A stretch of 64,000 nt of DNA, from positions 27,889-91,888 of IMG/VR virus record IMGVR_UViG_3300021356_000007; one strand, 5' to 3'. Origin of the DNA: a virus. Position numbers and translations under genes: made by a program. Under the pieces are notes generated by a model, which worked only from the letters and a program-made list of their open reading frames with translations, was not told where the DNA came from and did not search any database. The number at the start of each line of letters is the position of its first letter. Position 1 is the first letter of the stretch. Shown here one piece after another: positions 46,353-55,669 of the stretch.

Positions 46353-46519
46353 GTAAGTGGAAGTTTTGGAAGAAGATTAGAGAAACTCCTATAAAGCCTA
46401 ATGTTAACAGAAGAATCCCCTGCCCGACCTGTGGTAGGGTAGACGAAAAAGAGACTCGACAAAGTAAACTATTCGAATACACAATCATGCAACAAAGGAC
46501 ACTGGAGGCATACAAATGA
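46349..46519 (+). CDS. 56-aa micro-protein with CPTCG and two PIP-box-like motifs
   Basis: Hand translation: ...CPTCGRVDEKETRQSKLFEYTIMQQRTLEAYK; GGAGG RBS, ATGA coupling at both ends. Confidence 0.55.
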   Translation: MSKWKFWKKIRETPIKPNVNRRIPCPTCGRVDEKETRQSKLFEYTIMQQRTLEAYK

Positions 46520-46622
46520 AAGTACTGAAATTTATGTTAAATGTATTGAGGGGACTGAGAGACAGTGGTGCTGAACTTGACCCTGATATAGAAGCAGTCA
46601 TTGATTTGATGGAGGAATTAGA

Positions 46623-47624
46623 ATGAGTGACAGAGACTGGAGTGCATACGCCAAGTCTGAATACAACTGGACACCCGGTAGTGAGAAGCATCTGCGAATG
46701 ACTAAGACCAGTTTGACAAGTGATTTTGACTTCTGCCCTAAGCAGTATGAGTACAAAAGAATACACCGTTTACCTGAGCCATCCACTGATGCTATGGTGA
46801 AGGGTACTAATGTCCACGATGCTATTGAGAAGTACTATGATAATGTTCCAACGGTTCTTGATGAACTGTATACATTGGTTCAGAGAGACAAATGGAATGA
46901 AGCAATGCAACTTGCCCTGAGTGTTATTCCTGAACAGGACTATCAACTCGGAGAAGAAGGCTCTATAGAACAAAGAATCAGATGGGATTTACAGAGACTA
47001 CAGAGTGGAGGTAAAGAAGCCTACATGCCCGTAATCAACGAGTTAGAAGTTCATGCCTTTGTCGAAGAAGAGTTTGAGTTCAACGGCGAAGTCCACACAG
47101 TTCCTATCCATTTTGCTGGGAGTATTGACCGAGGTTATGCGACAGAAGATGGTACATACGCTGTAATGGAATTGAAGACAGGTAAGTGGGTTCAGACCAA
47201 AAACAAGAATGATGTGTGGGAAGACTCATCCTTCAAGATGCAATCCATGAGAACAGAGATGGCGTTTTACAAGAGGCTACTAGATTGGGCTAATCACCCG
47301 TTCCAAGATGTCACCCACTGGGGGTGGGTATATCCTTCAGGTGGAGAGAAAGAAGTAGAACCCATGAACAAATACGGCAAAGAACAGAGAGCCGTTAACA
47401 AAATCGTATACGAGGCTTGTACAGGTAGGACTTGGACAACATACTCGAAGAAGATTGATAGAATGAAGAATGCACTATTGACTGCTTATTTCACTGGAGA
47501 CTTCCCTACAAAGGCAAGTACAGGTAAGTGTTCTTGGTGCAATTTCAAATCTATTTGCCCCAGTTGGGAGGGCAGTGATAATCCACAAGAATATCTCGAC
47601 AACTATGAGGGGGATGAGGAATGA
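46623..47624 (+). CDS. Cas4/AddB-like PD-(D/E)xK exonuclease with Fe-S cysteines
   Basis: FCPKQY, GTNVH, GSIDR, ELKTG, CSWCNFKSIC. Confidence 0.85.
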   Translation: MSDRDWSAYAKSEYNWTPGSEKHLRMTKTSLTSDFDFCPKQYEYKRIHRLPEPSTDAMVKGTNVHDAIEKYYDNVPTVLDELYTLVQRDKWNEAMQLALSVIPEQDYQLGEEGSIEQRIRWDLQRLQSGGKEAYMPVINELEVHAFVEEEFEFNGEVHTVPIHFAGSIDRGYATEDGTYAVMELKTGKWVQTKNKNDVWEDSSFKMQSMRTEMAFYKRLLDWANHPFQDVTHWGWVYPSGGEKEVEPMNKYGKEQRAVNKIVYEACTGRTWTTYSKKIDRMKNALLTAYFTGDFPTKASTGKCSWCNFKSICPSWEGSDNPQEYLDNYEGDEE

Positions 47625-47893
47625 GACCTGTAGAAAATTTAGAGCAAGAAACTAGAGAGATTGAAAGAATGATGAGCGAGGTGACTGGTAGACCTGTACA
47701 GGTTTCGTTTTCACTTTTAGGTCAGTACAAGAATTACACTGTAGCCATACAGAAAACTCTGTTTGAGTTTGATGGTGAAGCAAGTGGTCCAAAGGGTGTG
47801 ATGTATGTCACATTCAATCGAAACCTGTTGATGAATGAACATGGTTTGAGGGCTGTGGCAGGACAAGTAGCAAGGAAGTACAAGGGTGCTTGA
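47621..47893 (+). CDS. Small protein with PIP-box-like QKTLFEF
   Basis: ATGA-coupled ORF. Confidence 0.6.
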   Translation: MRPVENLEQETREIERMMSEVTGRPVQVSFSLLGQYKNYTVAIQKTLFEFDGEASGPKGVMYVTFNRNLLMNEHGLRAVAGQVARKYKGA

Positions 47894-48997
47894 ATGCAGA
47901 TTGTATTCGACTTCCCAAGGGAAGTTATGGAACTGAGCCCTGAGAGAGGCAGGGGTTACAGGAAAATCGTTAGGAACAATAACGACCTAGAAAGATACTG
48001 GGAAGGGAAGAACGGGGTTTCTAATGCCTACATGACAGTGTATGGTTACAGAGCAACTCTACCCCCCTACAACAAGCGTGTCAACCTAGAGACCCCTATT
48101 ATCAGGCATTTCGTTATGGATTTCGACCCAAAGGATTTCAGAAAGAACAAGGGTAACTCTGTCGATATAGAAGCACCCCTTGAGCAAACCAAGCGTCTAC
48201 ATTACCATCTATTAGAGAGTGACATCTCTCACTGTATATGGTACAGCGGTGGAGGCTTCCATGTATGGATAGGACTCGACAAAGCGTACATCCCTAGTGG
48301 TGGTGACAATCTATCTGACATCAAGGAAGCAGGTATGAAGCAAGTCAGTGACTGGATTCATCAGTTAGACTTGTATTGTTCAGACCCTGCCGTTCCTTTC
48401 GATACCAGTGGAATGATTCGTATTCCTAACTCTTACAATTCAAAGCGTGGACTGTGGTCTGTACCGCTGACAACTAATGACCTAGAAAGAGGGCTGGAAC
48501 ATATCATGCTCAAGGCACTTGAGCCCGGCAAAGGTATGATACCTTACGGGTCAGAAGGCTTGAAACTTGATGTCGTAAAAGGCAAGAGTAGAGGTAAGAT
48601 ATTCAATCCTAACTCTAAGCCCATCGACCTACCTACAATATCAATGGATGGTGTCATTATCTTACCTTGTTTGAATCAGTCGGCATGTAGAGTGGGTAGC
48701 AACCCAAGTCATGATGAGCGAGTGCAACTCGTCAAGTATCTATCAAAACGGCTGAGAAATTTCATACCTGTTGAAAGAATAGACAGGTCAAAGATAGAAG
48801 AACACACAGAAACAATTGTCAATTTCATCAAATCACTAGAGTGGGCTGATTTCAAAGAAGAAACGACCCGCTACCAAGTGAGCACCATAGTAGGGACTGA
48901 ATACCCTCAGACTTGTTCTATGCTTTACAAGAAAGGTATGTGCCTAGGTAAATGCAGATACTGGGACAAAACTGGTGCTATAGATGAGGAGGAATGA
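47894..48997 (+). CDS. Archaeo-eukaryotic primase, PriS catalytic domain fused to PriL-like Fe-S domain
   Basis: MDFD, YSGGGFH, DTSGMIRIPNSYN; LPCL..HDER...YQV...TCSML..GMC..KC. Confidence 0.85.
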   Translation: MQIVFDFPREVMELSPERGRGYRKIVRNNNDLERYWEGKNGVSNAYMTVYGYRATLPPYNKRVNLETPIIRHFVMDFDPKDFRKNKGNSVDIEAPLEQTKRLHYHLLESDISHCIWYSGGGFHVWIGLDKAYIPSGGDNLSDIKEAGMKQVSDWIHQLDLYCSDPAVPFDTSGMIRIPNSYNSKRGLWSVPLTTNDLERGLEHIMLKALEPGKGMIPYGSEGLKLDVVKGKSRGKIFNPNSKPIDLPTISMDGVIILPCLNQSACRVGSNPSHDERVQLVKYLSKRLRNFIPVERIDRSKIEEHTETIVNFIKSLEWADFKEETTRYQVSTIVGTEYPQTCSMLYKKGMCLGKCRYWDKTGAIDEEE

Positions 48998-49206
48998 ACA
49001 TGCGAAGATGCAGGATATGTGAGGCTAGAATATACAGAAGAACAACTAAGATTTGTCAAAAGTGCTATACCAAAGGTCCGTATGGACATGATGATAGTAC
49101 TCTGATAGCGAAAGCCTGTAAAGGTCAAAACGCTCAAGGTAAGCCTTGTAGCAAGTGGTCTTTGGAAGATAGCGATTATTGTGCTTGGCATGGGAAAGAT
49201 GATTGA
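48994..49206 (+). CDS. Small Cys/His-rich protein
   Basis: CRIC, CQKC, C..G.PC..YCAWH. Confidence 0.6.
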   Translation: MNMRRCRICEARIYRRTTKICQKCYTKGPYGHDDSTLIAKACKGQNAQGKPCSKWSLEDSDYCAWHGKDD

Positions 49207-49323
49207 TATGACTTGGACTGAGTATCTACGATTTGCATTCATAGAATTACCGTTAGCGGTATTGAAAGGAACAATATTAGTAGTTACATATCCAATATAC
49301 AAAGTACTCAAGGAACTGATAGG

Positions 49324-50055
49324 ATGAAGAAGACACAACCTCTACTGATTGACTCTAACGAGCGTGGTCCATTACATGATGCCATAGTCAGAGCAGTCGA
49401 GAGAGAGGGCTACCCCGTAAAGAAAGTACACTTACAGGGTATGGGTGATTACAAAGCAGGGAATGCTAACATAGAGTGTAAAAGTATCTCTGACCTCATC
49501 CAATCCACATTCAAAGGACATTTACAGCGTCAGATAGAAAACCTTGATGCTAACTGTGAGCGTGTAGTGCTTGTAGTACATGGTGACATAGCGAAGTATG
49601 TCGCAATGTGTAGAAACCAAGGCAGACCGACCAGTTACGCTAAAACGCTTGACCTGATGTTAGGTATCTTTGCTAGATTGACAGCAGACTTTGATTGTCA
49701 CATCTATAGAGCGAAGGACTACGCTGAAGCAGGTATATTCATAGCAAAATTACATAGTAAGATGCACAAGCCAGCAAGTAGGCATGGTGCAAGAGCAGTA
49801 ACGAGGACAAGTACCAATGATGTGAGGGCTGATATGCTCGTCACCATACCCGGAATCGGTCCTGAAATGGTAGAGAAACTGCTGAAACAATGCGGTTCGA
49901 TAGAAGAAATGCTCTATCCCGAATCGCTTAAATCAGTGAGGGGTTTGGGTCCAAAGTTGCGCCAAAGAATCCTTGATGTATTAACATCAGAAGAACCAGT
50001 CGCAGTCCAAAAGACATACAAAAGGGGAGATAACAATGGAACACAAGGCAAGTGA
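49324..50055 (+). CDS. ERCC4/XPF-type structure-specific nuclease with HhH motifs
   Basis: LIDSNE, GDY, IECKSISDL, IPGIGPE, VRGLGPK. Confidence 0.85.
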   Translation: MKKTQPLLIDSNERGPLHDAIVRAVEREGYPVKKVHLQGMGDYKAGNANIECKSISDLIQSTFKGHLQRQIENLDANCERVVLVVHGDIAKYVAMCRNQGRPTSYAKTLDLMLGIFARLTADFDCHIYRAKDYAEAGIFIAKLHSKMHKPASRHGARAVTRTSTNDVRADMLVTIPGIGPEMVEKLLKQCGSIEEMLYPESLKSVRGLGPKLRQRILDVLTSEEPVAVQKTYKRGDNNGTQGK

Positions 50056-51466
50056 TTATGAGTGTGTAAAGAAGTACGACATTTTGAACGGGTATCTTGA
50101 GCACTTCAAAGAAGTAAGTAAGAACAACGAAATACCCGGATTGATTTCTTTCTTCTATATCCTAGGTCAGGCTTCGATACCCTATGTAAGAATACCAGTG
50201 GGTGGTAGTAACCTTGACCCAAGAGTGAGTATCTTTTGGATTCAAGATACTAGGACAGGTAAATCCGCTGCCTACCAAATGATTGAGAAGGTACTCAAAG
50301 GTGCTAATCTCAACTCTATGGATTACAACAGTGGTAACGATGCAGCACTACTAGGTACACTTGTACCTGACCCTGATTCAGAAGACCCAAGAAACCCTGA
50401 TATGATGGTTAGAGAAGGTATTCTAGCAGGTAGAAAGGGTCTGAACTTTGACGAAGGTAGCGTAGTTTTGAAGACAGGGCAATACAACGAAAGTACTACT
50501 CTCTTCTTACAATCTGCCTTGAACTCTGCTGGTACAGGTAGAAACCTGATTACCAAGAACATGGCAAGAGAGTCGTTTACAATCAAGTCAGAAGTATCTC
50601 TGTGGATTACAACATACCCACCAAAGGGTATCAAAGAGCATGTACTGGACAAAGGTATCTTCCAGCGTGTTCTGACATACTGGAGGCACTGGACACTTGA
50701 CATGAAGCGTGAAATCAACCACGCTCTTGCGGAAGATGTGTACAGTAAGAAATCATTCGAAGTACCCTTTGATGATGTAGTAGGCTTCTTCTTGGATGTG
50801 CAGAAAAGACTGAAGCGTAGAGTCATGGAACTGGCTGGCTACGCACCTATCGAATGGGACACTATGGATGGTGACGACCAAGAGCAAGTAGTCATGGACC
50901 TGTGCTGTAATCAGAAGGTCATGTTCACTATTGATGAATCATACATACCTGCTTTGATGTCGGCGATAGATGAGTACTACAGTGTTGTAGAAGTCATGAG
51001 TCCTGACAAGCAAGGTATCTGTTCTTCTTTCATTATGGGGCTACAGAACTACACTAACATCCTCGCTCACCACTTCGCTATGATAGAAGATACATGGGAA
51101 GTCACAGGCGACCATGTAGATATGGCTAAGGAGATACTCTTTGACTTGTACAGAAACCTCATCCAATGGCTCGAATCAGAGGTCAATATTGGTGCAGGTG
51201 CTTCCGAGAAGAACAAGATGCAAGGGCACTGGAAAGAAGCCTACAAGCAATCTGAGTTGTTCGACTTTGACGACCACAGAGGATTCGGATGGGTGAGCAA
51301 GAAAGACATGATGAAAGCCTTTGGAAGATTGGCTAACTACAGCAGTCCGGCTACTGTTAACGAAAAGTTCAACACTTACGGAACTGAAATGTTCAGCAAC
51401 ACAAGAGAGGGTGTTCGTGTCTATGTGCGCCTAAAAGATGAGTTCAGAAAGGGTGGTAAGTCTTGA
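50036..51466 (+). CDS. Divergent MCM-like AAA+ replicative helicase
   Basis: QDTRTGKS (Walker A), REGILA, NFDEG (Walker B), GIFQRV (Arg finger); no N-terminal Zn/OB domain evident. Confidence 0.6.
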   Translation: MEHKASDYECVKKYDILNGYLEHFKEVSKNNEIPGLISFFYILGQASIPYVRIPVGGSNLDPRVSIFWIQDTRTGKSAAYQMIEKVLKGANLNSMDYNSGNDAALLGTLVPDPDSEDPRNPDMMVREGILAGRKGLNFDEGSVVLKTGQYNESTTLFLQSALNSAGTGRNLITKNMARESFTIKSEVSLWITTYPPKGIKEHVLDKGIFQRVLTYWRHWTLDMKREINHALAEDVYSKKSFEVPFDDVVGFFLDVQKRLKRRVMELAGYAPIEWDTMDGDDQEQVVMDLCCNQKVMFTIDESYIPALMSAIDEYYSVVEVMSPDKQGICSSFIMGLQNYTNILAHHFAMIEDTWEVTGDHVDMAKEILFDLYRNLIQWLESEVNIGAGASEKNKMQGHWKEAYKQSELFDFDDHRGFGWVSKKDMMKAFGRLANYSSPATVNEKFNTYGTEMFSNTREGVRVYVRLKDEFRKGGKS

Positions 51467-51608
51467 AAACTGCTTTTTGGTATACCGAATGTCTAATATG
51501 TAAGTCCGAAATAGGCAAGGACATCGGAGGTCGTGTAGTGGGGACATATCTAAGTAAGATGGTCTGCCTATGCGAGGGATGCGCCCACCAAATGCAGGAG
51601 ATAGTAAA

Positions 51609-52217
51609 ATGAAAAAAATGCTCGCCCTCGACATTGAAACTGGGAATTTCTCCCACGAAATCGGGGGATGGGGGCAAAGTCACATGTTCGAACCTACCGT
51701 TGTAGCCACATGGGATGGGGACAAAGGCATTGTATACGCTAACGAAGGTGTTTCAAAATATCTTCCTGAAAACACAGAAGTCAAACCACTACATCCAAAA
51801 GTGATAGGTGAAGACTTGGCTAAGCATGTGTCAGAGGGAGGGATGGTTCTTGGACACAATCTCAAGAACTTCGACCTACCTATCATTAGAGACGCATTAG
51901 ATTGCTGGACAGCAGGCGACATCATGGCTAAGTCAGAAGAACAGGTGTTTGACACATCTGCTTTGCTTAGAAGTATAGTAGGTCATGCTGTACCATTATC
52001 CGATGCTTGTTATCACACACTTGCTAAAGGCAAACTGATGAACAGCCATGACGCACCTATAGAGTGGCGCAAAGGTAATTATGACAAAGTGGCAGAGTAC
52101 TGCCTCAAAGATGCTCAACTGGTTTACGAACTGTGGGAACACGGTATGAATGAAGGCTTTGTGAAAGCAAGGTGTAGACATACTGGTGACATCAAAGAGT
52201 TCGAAGTAGATTGGTAG
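51609..52217 (+). CDS. DnaQ/RNase H-like 3'-5' exonuclease
   Basis: ALDIET, GHNLKNFDLP, YCLKDA. Confidence 0.8.
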   Translation: MKKMLALDIETGNFSHEIGGWGQSHMFEPTVVATWDGDKGIVYANEGVSKYLPENTEVKPLHPKVIGEDLAKHVSEGGMVLGHNLKNFDLPIIRDALDCWTAGDIMAKSEEQVFDTSALLRSIVGHAVPLSDACYHTLAKGKLMNSHDAPIEWRKGNYDKVAEYCLKDAQLVYELWEHGMNEGFVKARCRHTGDIKEFEVDW

Positions 52218-52230
52218 GGGAGAGATTAAC

Positions 52231-53730
52231 ATGAACGAAAATGAGAGTAATACAACAGCAGTAGTCCACAACATAAGGGCAGCAAGGAGAGCAGTAAACA
52301 CGGTCAAGACTACACTTGGTCCGATGGGAATGGACAAGATGATGGTAGACGGTGGCGGTAATGTCATCGTTACCAATGACGGTGCAACCATCCTACAAGA
52401 ACTAGACATCAGCCACCCCGCTGCCAAAATGGTAGTAGAGGCTGCTAACACACAAGAGAACATGTGCTACGATGGTACGACCAGTACTGTAGTGCTTGCA
52501 GGTGAACTACTTGGTAACAGTGAACTACTATTCAACAAAGGTCTACACGCTAACATCATCTGTAGAGGTTACAGAAAGGCATCTAGGTGGGCTACAGAAC
52601 ACATAGAGGCTGAGTTAACGAAGTCATCGGAGAATCACCTTGTCAATGTAGCAAGGACATCAATCACAGGTAAAGCACTTGAATCTAGTGTAGAGCATGT
52701 CAGTCAACTTTGTGTTGACGCTGTAAAGACTGCTGGTGGAGAGTTTGAGAGAATCAGAGTTCTGTGCCAGCCGGGTGGTAGTTTGGATGACTCATCCTGC
52801 TTCTCAGGTGTAGTTTTGCACAAGGAGTTCATGCTACCTGCTATGCCACTTGTTCCTACTGGTAGGGCTCTACTAATCAACACAGGACTGAGTGACATCA
52901 AGGACAATGAAAACATACAACTCAGTCTATCATCGGCTAGTGAATACCAGCAATATAAACGCCAGTCAAGTAGAGAACAATGGATTGACAAAGCAGAAGC
53001 AATAGTCAATCTATTACCTGACGGTGGAGTAGTATTTTGTCGAGATACTGTACACGAAGTAGTCGCAGCAACGCTGGCTAAGTCAGGCATTTCTCTTGTT
53101 CATAGAATACCTGAGAGTGACATGACAGCCCTATCAAAACTACTAGGTGCAACAGTATCTCACAGTACTGATGACTTGATAGAAGCAGTAGACTGTGACG
53201 CTGAGTGTAAGCAAATAGGTGACATGAAGTATGTCGTAGTCAAGGGCAAAGGAGAAGTAACCACTCTAATTCTAAGAGGTGCTACTAAGCAAACACTTGA
53301 CGAGACAGAGCGTGGATTCGAAGATGCTCTTGGTGTAGTCTGCCTTGCTTACAACTCAGGTAAAGTCGTAGCAGGCGGAGGCTCATCTTATCTCAATTCA
53401 GCCCTACATCTAAGGTCAAGGGCAGCAGAGGCAGGTGGTCGTGAACAAATGGCTATTGATGCATTCGCTGACGCTTTAGAAGCAATCCCTGCTACTATCG
53501 CAGAGAACGCAGGGCATGACCCACTAGACACCATCTTGACACTAAGGAATGAACACAAAGCAGGTAACACTGACAGTGGTCCTGATATTGAAAACGGTGG
53601 CGGTTGCTCTATGCTTGAGCAAGATGTTTACGAACCTCTTGAATTAGTTAAGCAGGCGATTCAATCTGCTAGTGAAGTCACAATCAGTATTCTAAGAATT
53701 GACGACATCATCGGAAAGAGAGGGGAATAG
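52231..53730 (+). CDS. ths: Group II chaperonin (thermosome subunit)
   Basis: TLGPMGMDKM, TNDGATIL, HPAAK, DGTTS, VAGGG, ENAG.DP, ILRIDDII. Confidence 0.95.
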   Translation: MNENESNTTAVVHNIRAARRAVNTVKTTLGPMGMDKMMVDGGGNVIVTNDGATILQELDISHPAAKMVVEAANTQENMCYDGTTSTVVLAGELLGNSELLFNKGLHANIICRGYRKASRWATEHIEAELTKSSENHLVNVARTSITGKALESSVEHVSQLCVDAVKTAGGEFERIRVLCQPGGSLDDSSCFSGVVLHKEFMLPAMPLVPTGRALLINTGLSDIKDNENIQLSLSSASEYQQYKRQSSREQWIDKAEAIVNLLPDGGVVFCRDTVHEVVAATLAKSGISLVHRIPESDMTALSKLLGATVSHSTDDLIEAVDCDAECKQIGDMKYVVVKGKGEVTTLILRGATKQTLDETERGFEDALGVVCLAYNSGKVVAGGGSSYLNSALHLRSRAAEAGGREQMAIDAFADALEAIPATIAENAGHDPLDTILTLRNEHKAGNTDSGPDIENGGGCSMLEQDVYEPLELVKQAIQSASEVTISILRIDDIIGKRGE

Positions 53731-53874
53731 ATGGGAAAGAAAGGTAGAGTATACCTGAACTGCCCTAAATGCGGTAGCCTGCTCAAGAGGTTCTACATGC
53801 GTGAAGGTGAGAAGAAGCAATTCAAACCTAACGGTTTCACTTGCAAAGATTGCAAGATGACAGTATTCGATTAA
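53731..53874 (+). CDS. 47-aa Zn-ribbon micro-protein
   Basis: Hand translation MGKKGRVYLNCPKCGSLLKRFYMRE...FTCKDCKMTVFD. Confidence 0.55.
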   Translation: MGKKGRVYLNCPKCGSLLKRFYMREGEKKQFKPNGFTCKDCKMTVFD

Positions 53875-54125
53875 TATTTAGTAGCCTTACGCATTAGATA
53901 CCTACTGAATCTACCTTTAGCAGATTTGGCTACAGGGCTGGCTTTACGCTTGCGTTCACCTTTGAATCCAAGTTGTCCATGAAAGCGAATGTATTTGCAG
54001 AACGGACATTGATGCAGTACAGCCTTTTCACCGCTGATATAGTTACCAGCGATACTTAGAGGCAAAGCGATGCGATTGCAGTTTTCGCACTTCTGCTTCA
54101 GTTCGTCAACAAGTCTCCCCATCAA
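53871..54125 (-). CDS. Small basic Zn-ribbon protein
   Basis: CENC...CPFC. Confidence 0.65.
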   Translation of the reverse strand: MMGRLVDELKQKCENCNRIALPLSIAGNYISGEKAVLHQCPFCKYIRFHGQLGFKGERKRKASPVAKSAKGRFSRYLMRKATKY

Positions 54126-55315
54126 CTTACGGTATGCAGTTCTAACTTATGCCAGTTTGCCCCATCGTAGATGAATTTGGCATATTTGTTGATTGCTACA
54201 TCTACATTGATTTTAGTACCTGTACTGTGCCCACCACTGGTAGAATCAAAGTGCAGAGTGTGACTACCGGCTTTGTGATAGATTTCTACTACATGCCCAG
54301 CACCGAATGTACCTGTAGGGTTGATAGTACGGTTGTTGTCTGTAGTTACAATCCAAACATTACCTTGGTCGAATGTGAATGTCACATCGGCTGTTGTAGT
54401 AATCACCTCTAGGCGATTTGGTCCGAGGACATAGGTATTAGTCACAGGCGTACTGTTGAGACTCCTAGGGACTGATGCGTAGATGTTAGCGTGTTTGTTA
54501 CCAGTCTTATCTTCGTAGTGAGTCTGCCATATTGCACCGAATGTACTACCGCTGAAGTCACCATCTTCAGGGCTTGCAAAGAAAGCATCTAGGTCAGTCA
54601 CTGCGTTGGCTGTATCTACATTCCCAATCGCACCTTTTGTCAGAGGAGTCATGTACATAGGCGTAGACCTGATGTATGTCCTCCTGTCGTGGATAGTAGG
54701 GTCAGTGTTCAAAGACGCAGTAACGCTACCTGCACCACCTGTCATTGTGTATCTCAATACACCCAGTATGGTGTGATGATGATTAGCGTCAGTATTACCG
54801 CTGATACTTGGACTAGAAAGGAAACGGTTAGGAATAAGAGGCGTACCGCTGCTAGGTGAAGCAGGTGTGCCCATCTCATACATCAGATGGGCTTCAGGTG
54901 TGTTTCTACCGACTAGATAGACTACAACAAATACATCGCTGTTAGCACTTGGAACACTTGGTAAGTCTCCACTGTGGTTAGCACCAGCACCTGTAGTTCC
55001 GACTACGAATGTCTCACTCGCACCTTGACCGCCTGCGAACTCATAGAGCGTACCATCGAGTACACAGTGTCCTCCGTAGACCTTGACTTCGCCCTGACTT
55101 GAGCCTATCTCAATGAATCCGGGCGTGTTAGATATGATACTGTTTCTTAGTGTGTCACCTCTAGCACCGTCACCAAGTCTCATGATACCGTTGCCGTGTA
55201 GTCCTTCGTAGATGTTAGTCAGGCTAGGGCTAGTCAGCCCATCGCCATCTCTTAGTCCCTGTGCGTCAGTACTCATACCACTCGCACTCATGTGCCCTGC
55301 CTTTGGATTCGTCAT
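54122..55315 (-). CDS. Putative tail fibre / baseplate-associated structural protein
   Basis: G/S/T-rich beta-type composition; C-terminal FIYDGANW motif typical of fibre tips. Confidence 0.55.
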   Translation of the reverse strand: MTNPKAGHMSASGMSTDAQGLRDGDGLTSPSLTNIYEGLHGNGIMRLGDGARGDTLRNSIISNTPGFIEIGSSQGEVKVYGGHCVLDGTLYEFAGGQGASETFVVGTTGAGANHSGDLPSVPSANSDVFVVVYLVGRNTPEAHLMYEMGTPASPSSGTPLIPNRFLSSPSISGNTDANHHHTILGVLRYTMTGGAGSVTASLNTDPTIHDRRTYIRSTPMYMTPLTKGAIGNVDTANAVTDLDAFFASPEDGDFSGSTFGAIWQTHYEDKTGNKHANIYASVPRSLNSTPVTNTYVLGPNRLEVITTTADVTFTFDQGNVWIVTTDNNRTINPTGTFGAGHVVEIYHKAGSHTLHFDSTSGGHSTGTKINVDVAINKYAKFIYDGANWHKLELHTVS

Positions 55316-55668
55316 GCTGTCACCTCAATTATCGCTGAGAATTGTAGTTCGTTGTTGCTGGTCTTTTGCACAGCGTTATATGTGTATCTCATAAAGTCAG
55401 TAGTATCAGTAGAATCGCTGGGATTCTTGTACCTAATCACTACTTCCTTCAGTGGTCGTGTGAAGGAAGTATCTAATGCTAGTTTCGCTTCTACTATCAG
55501 AGTATTGTCATCTATTACTCTCACAGTAGGGGTGACTACAACAGCAGGGCTACCTATGCCACCATCTTCTTGAGTTGCAATCGTGCCATCGAAGCCAAAC
55601 ACGACTTCGTTAATACGACTCTTCAGCGTGTCAATCATAAATCTAGTTCCTTCATTTAATAGCGGTAT
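55312..55668 (-). CDS. Small putative tail/baseplate protein
   Basis: FGFDGT..TQEDG, KEVVI...RYTY...KTSNNEL pattern of tail-fibre N-terminal-like domains; start either ATA 55668 or ATG 55638. Confidence 0.55.
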   Translation of the reverse strand: MPLLNEGTRFMIDTLKSRINEVVFGFDGTIATQEDGGIGSPAVVVTPTVRVIDDNTLIVEAKLALDTSFTRPLKEVVIRYKNPSDSTDTTDFMRYTYNAVQKTSNNELQFSAIIEVTA

Positions 55669-55669
55669 A

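Noticed and set aside
46623-47624. Cas4 as evidence of a CRISPR-Cas system
   Set aside because: It is a solo Cas4-like nuclease inside a replication operon, common in archaeal viruses; no cas1/cas2 or array.
13690-53570. Numerous minus-strand ORFs of 60-200 aa opposite early and replication genes
   Set aside because: Ser/Leu/Phe-rich antisense shadows of purine-rich coding strands; only 29894-30694 looks real.
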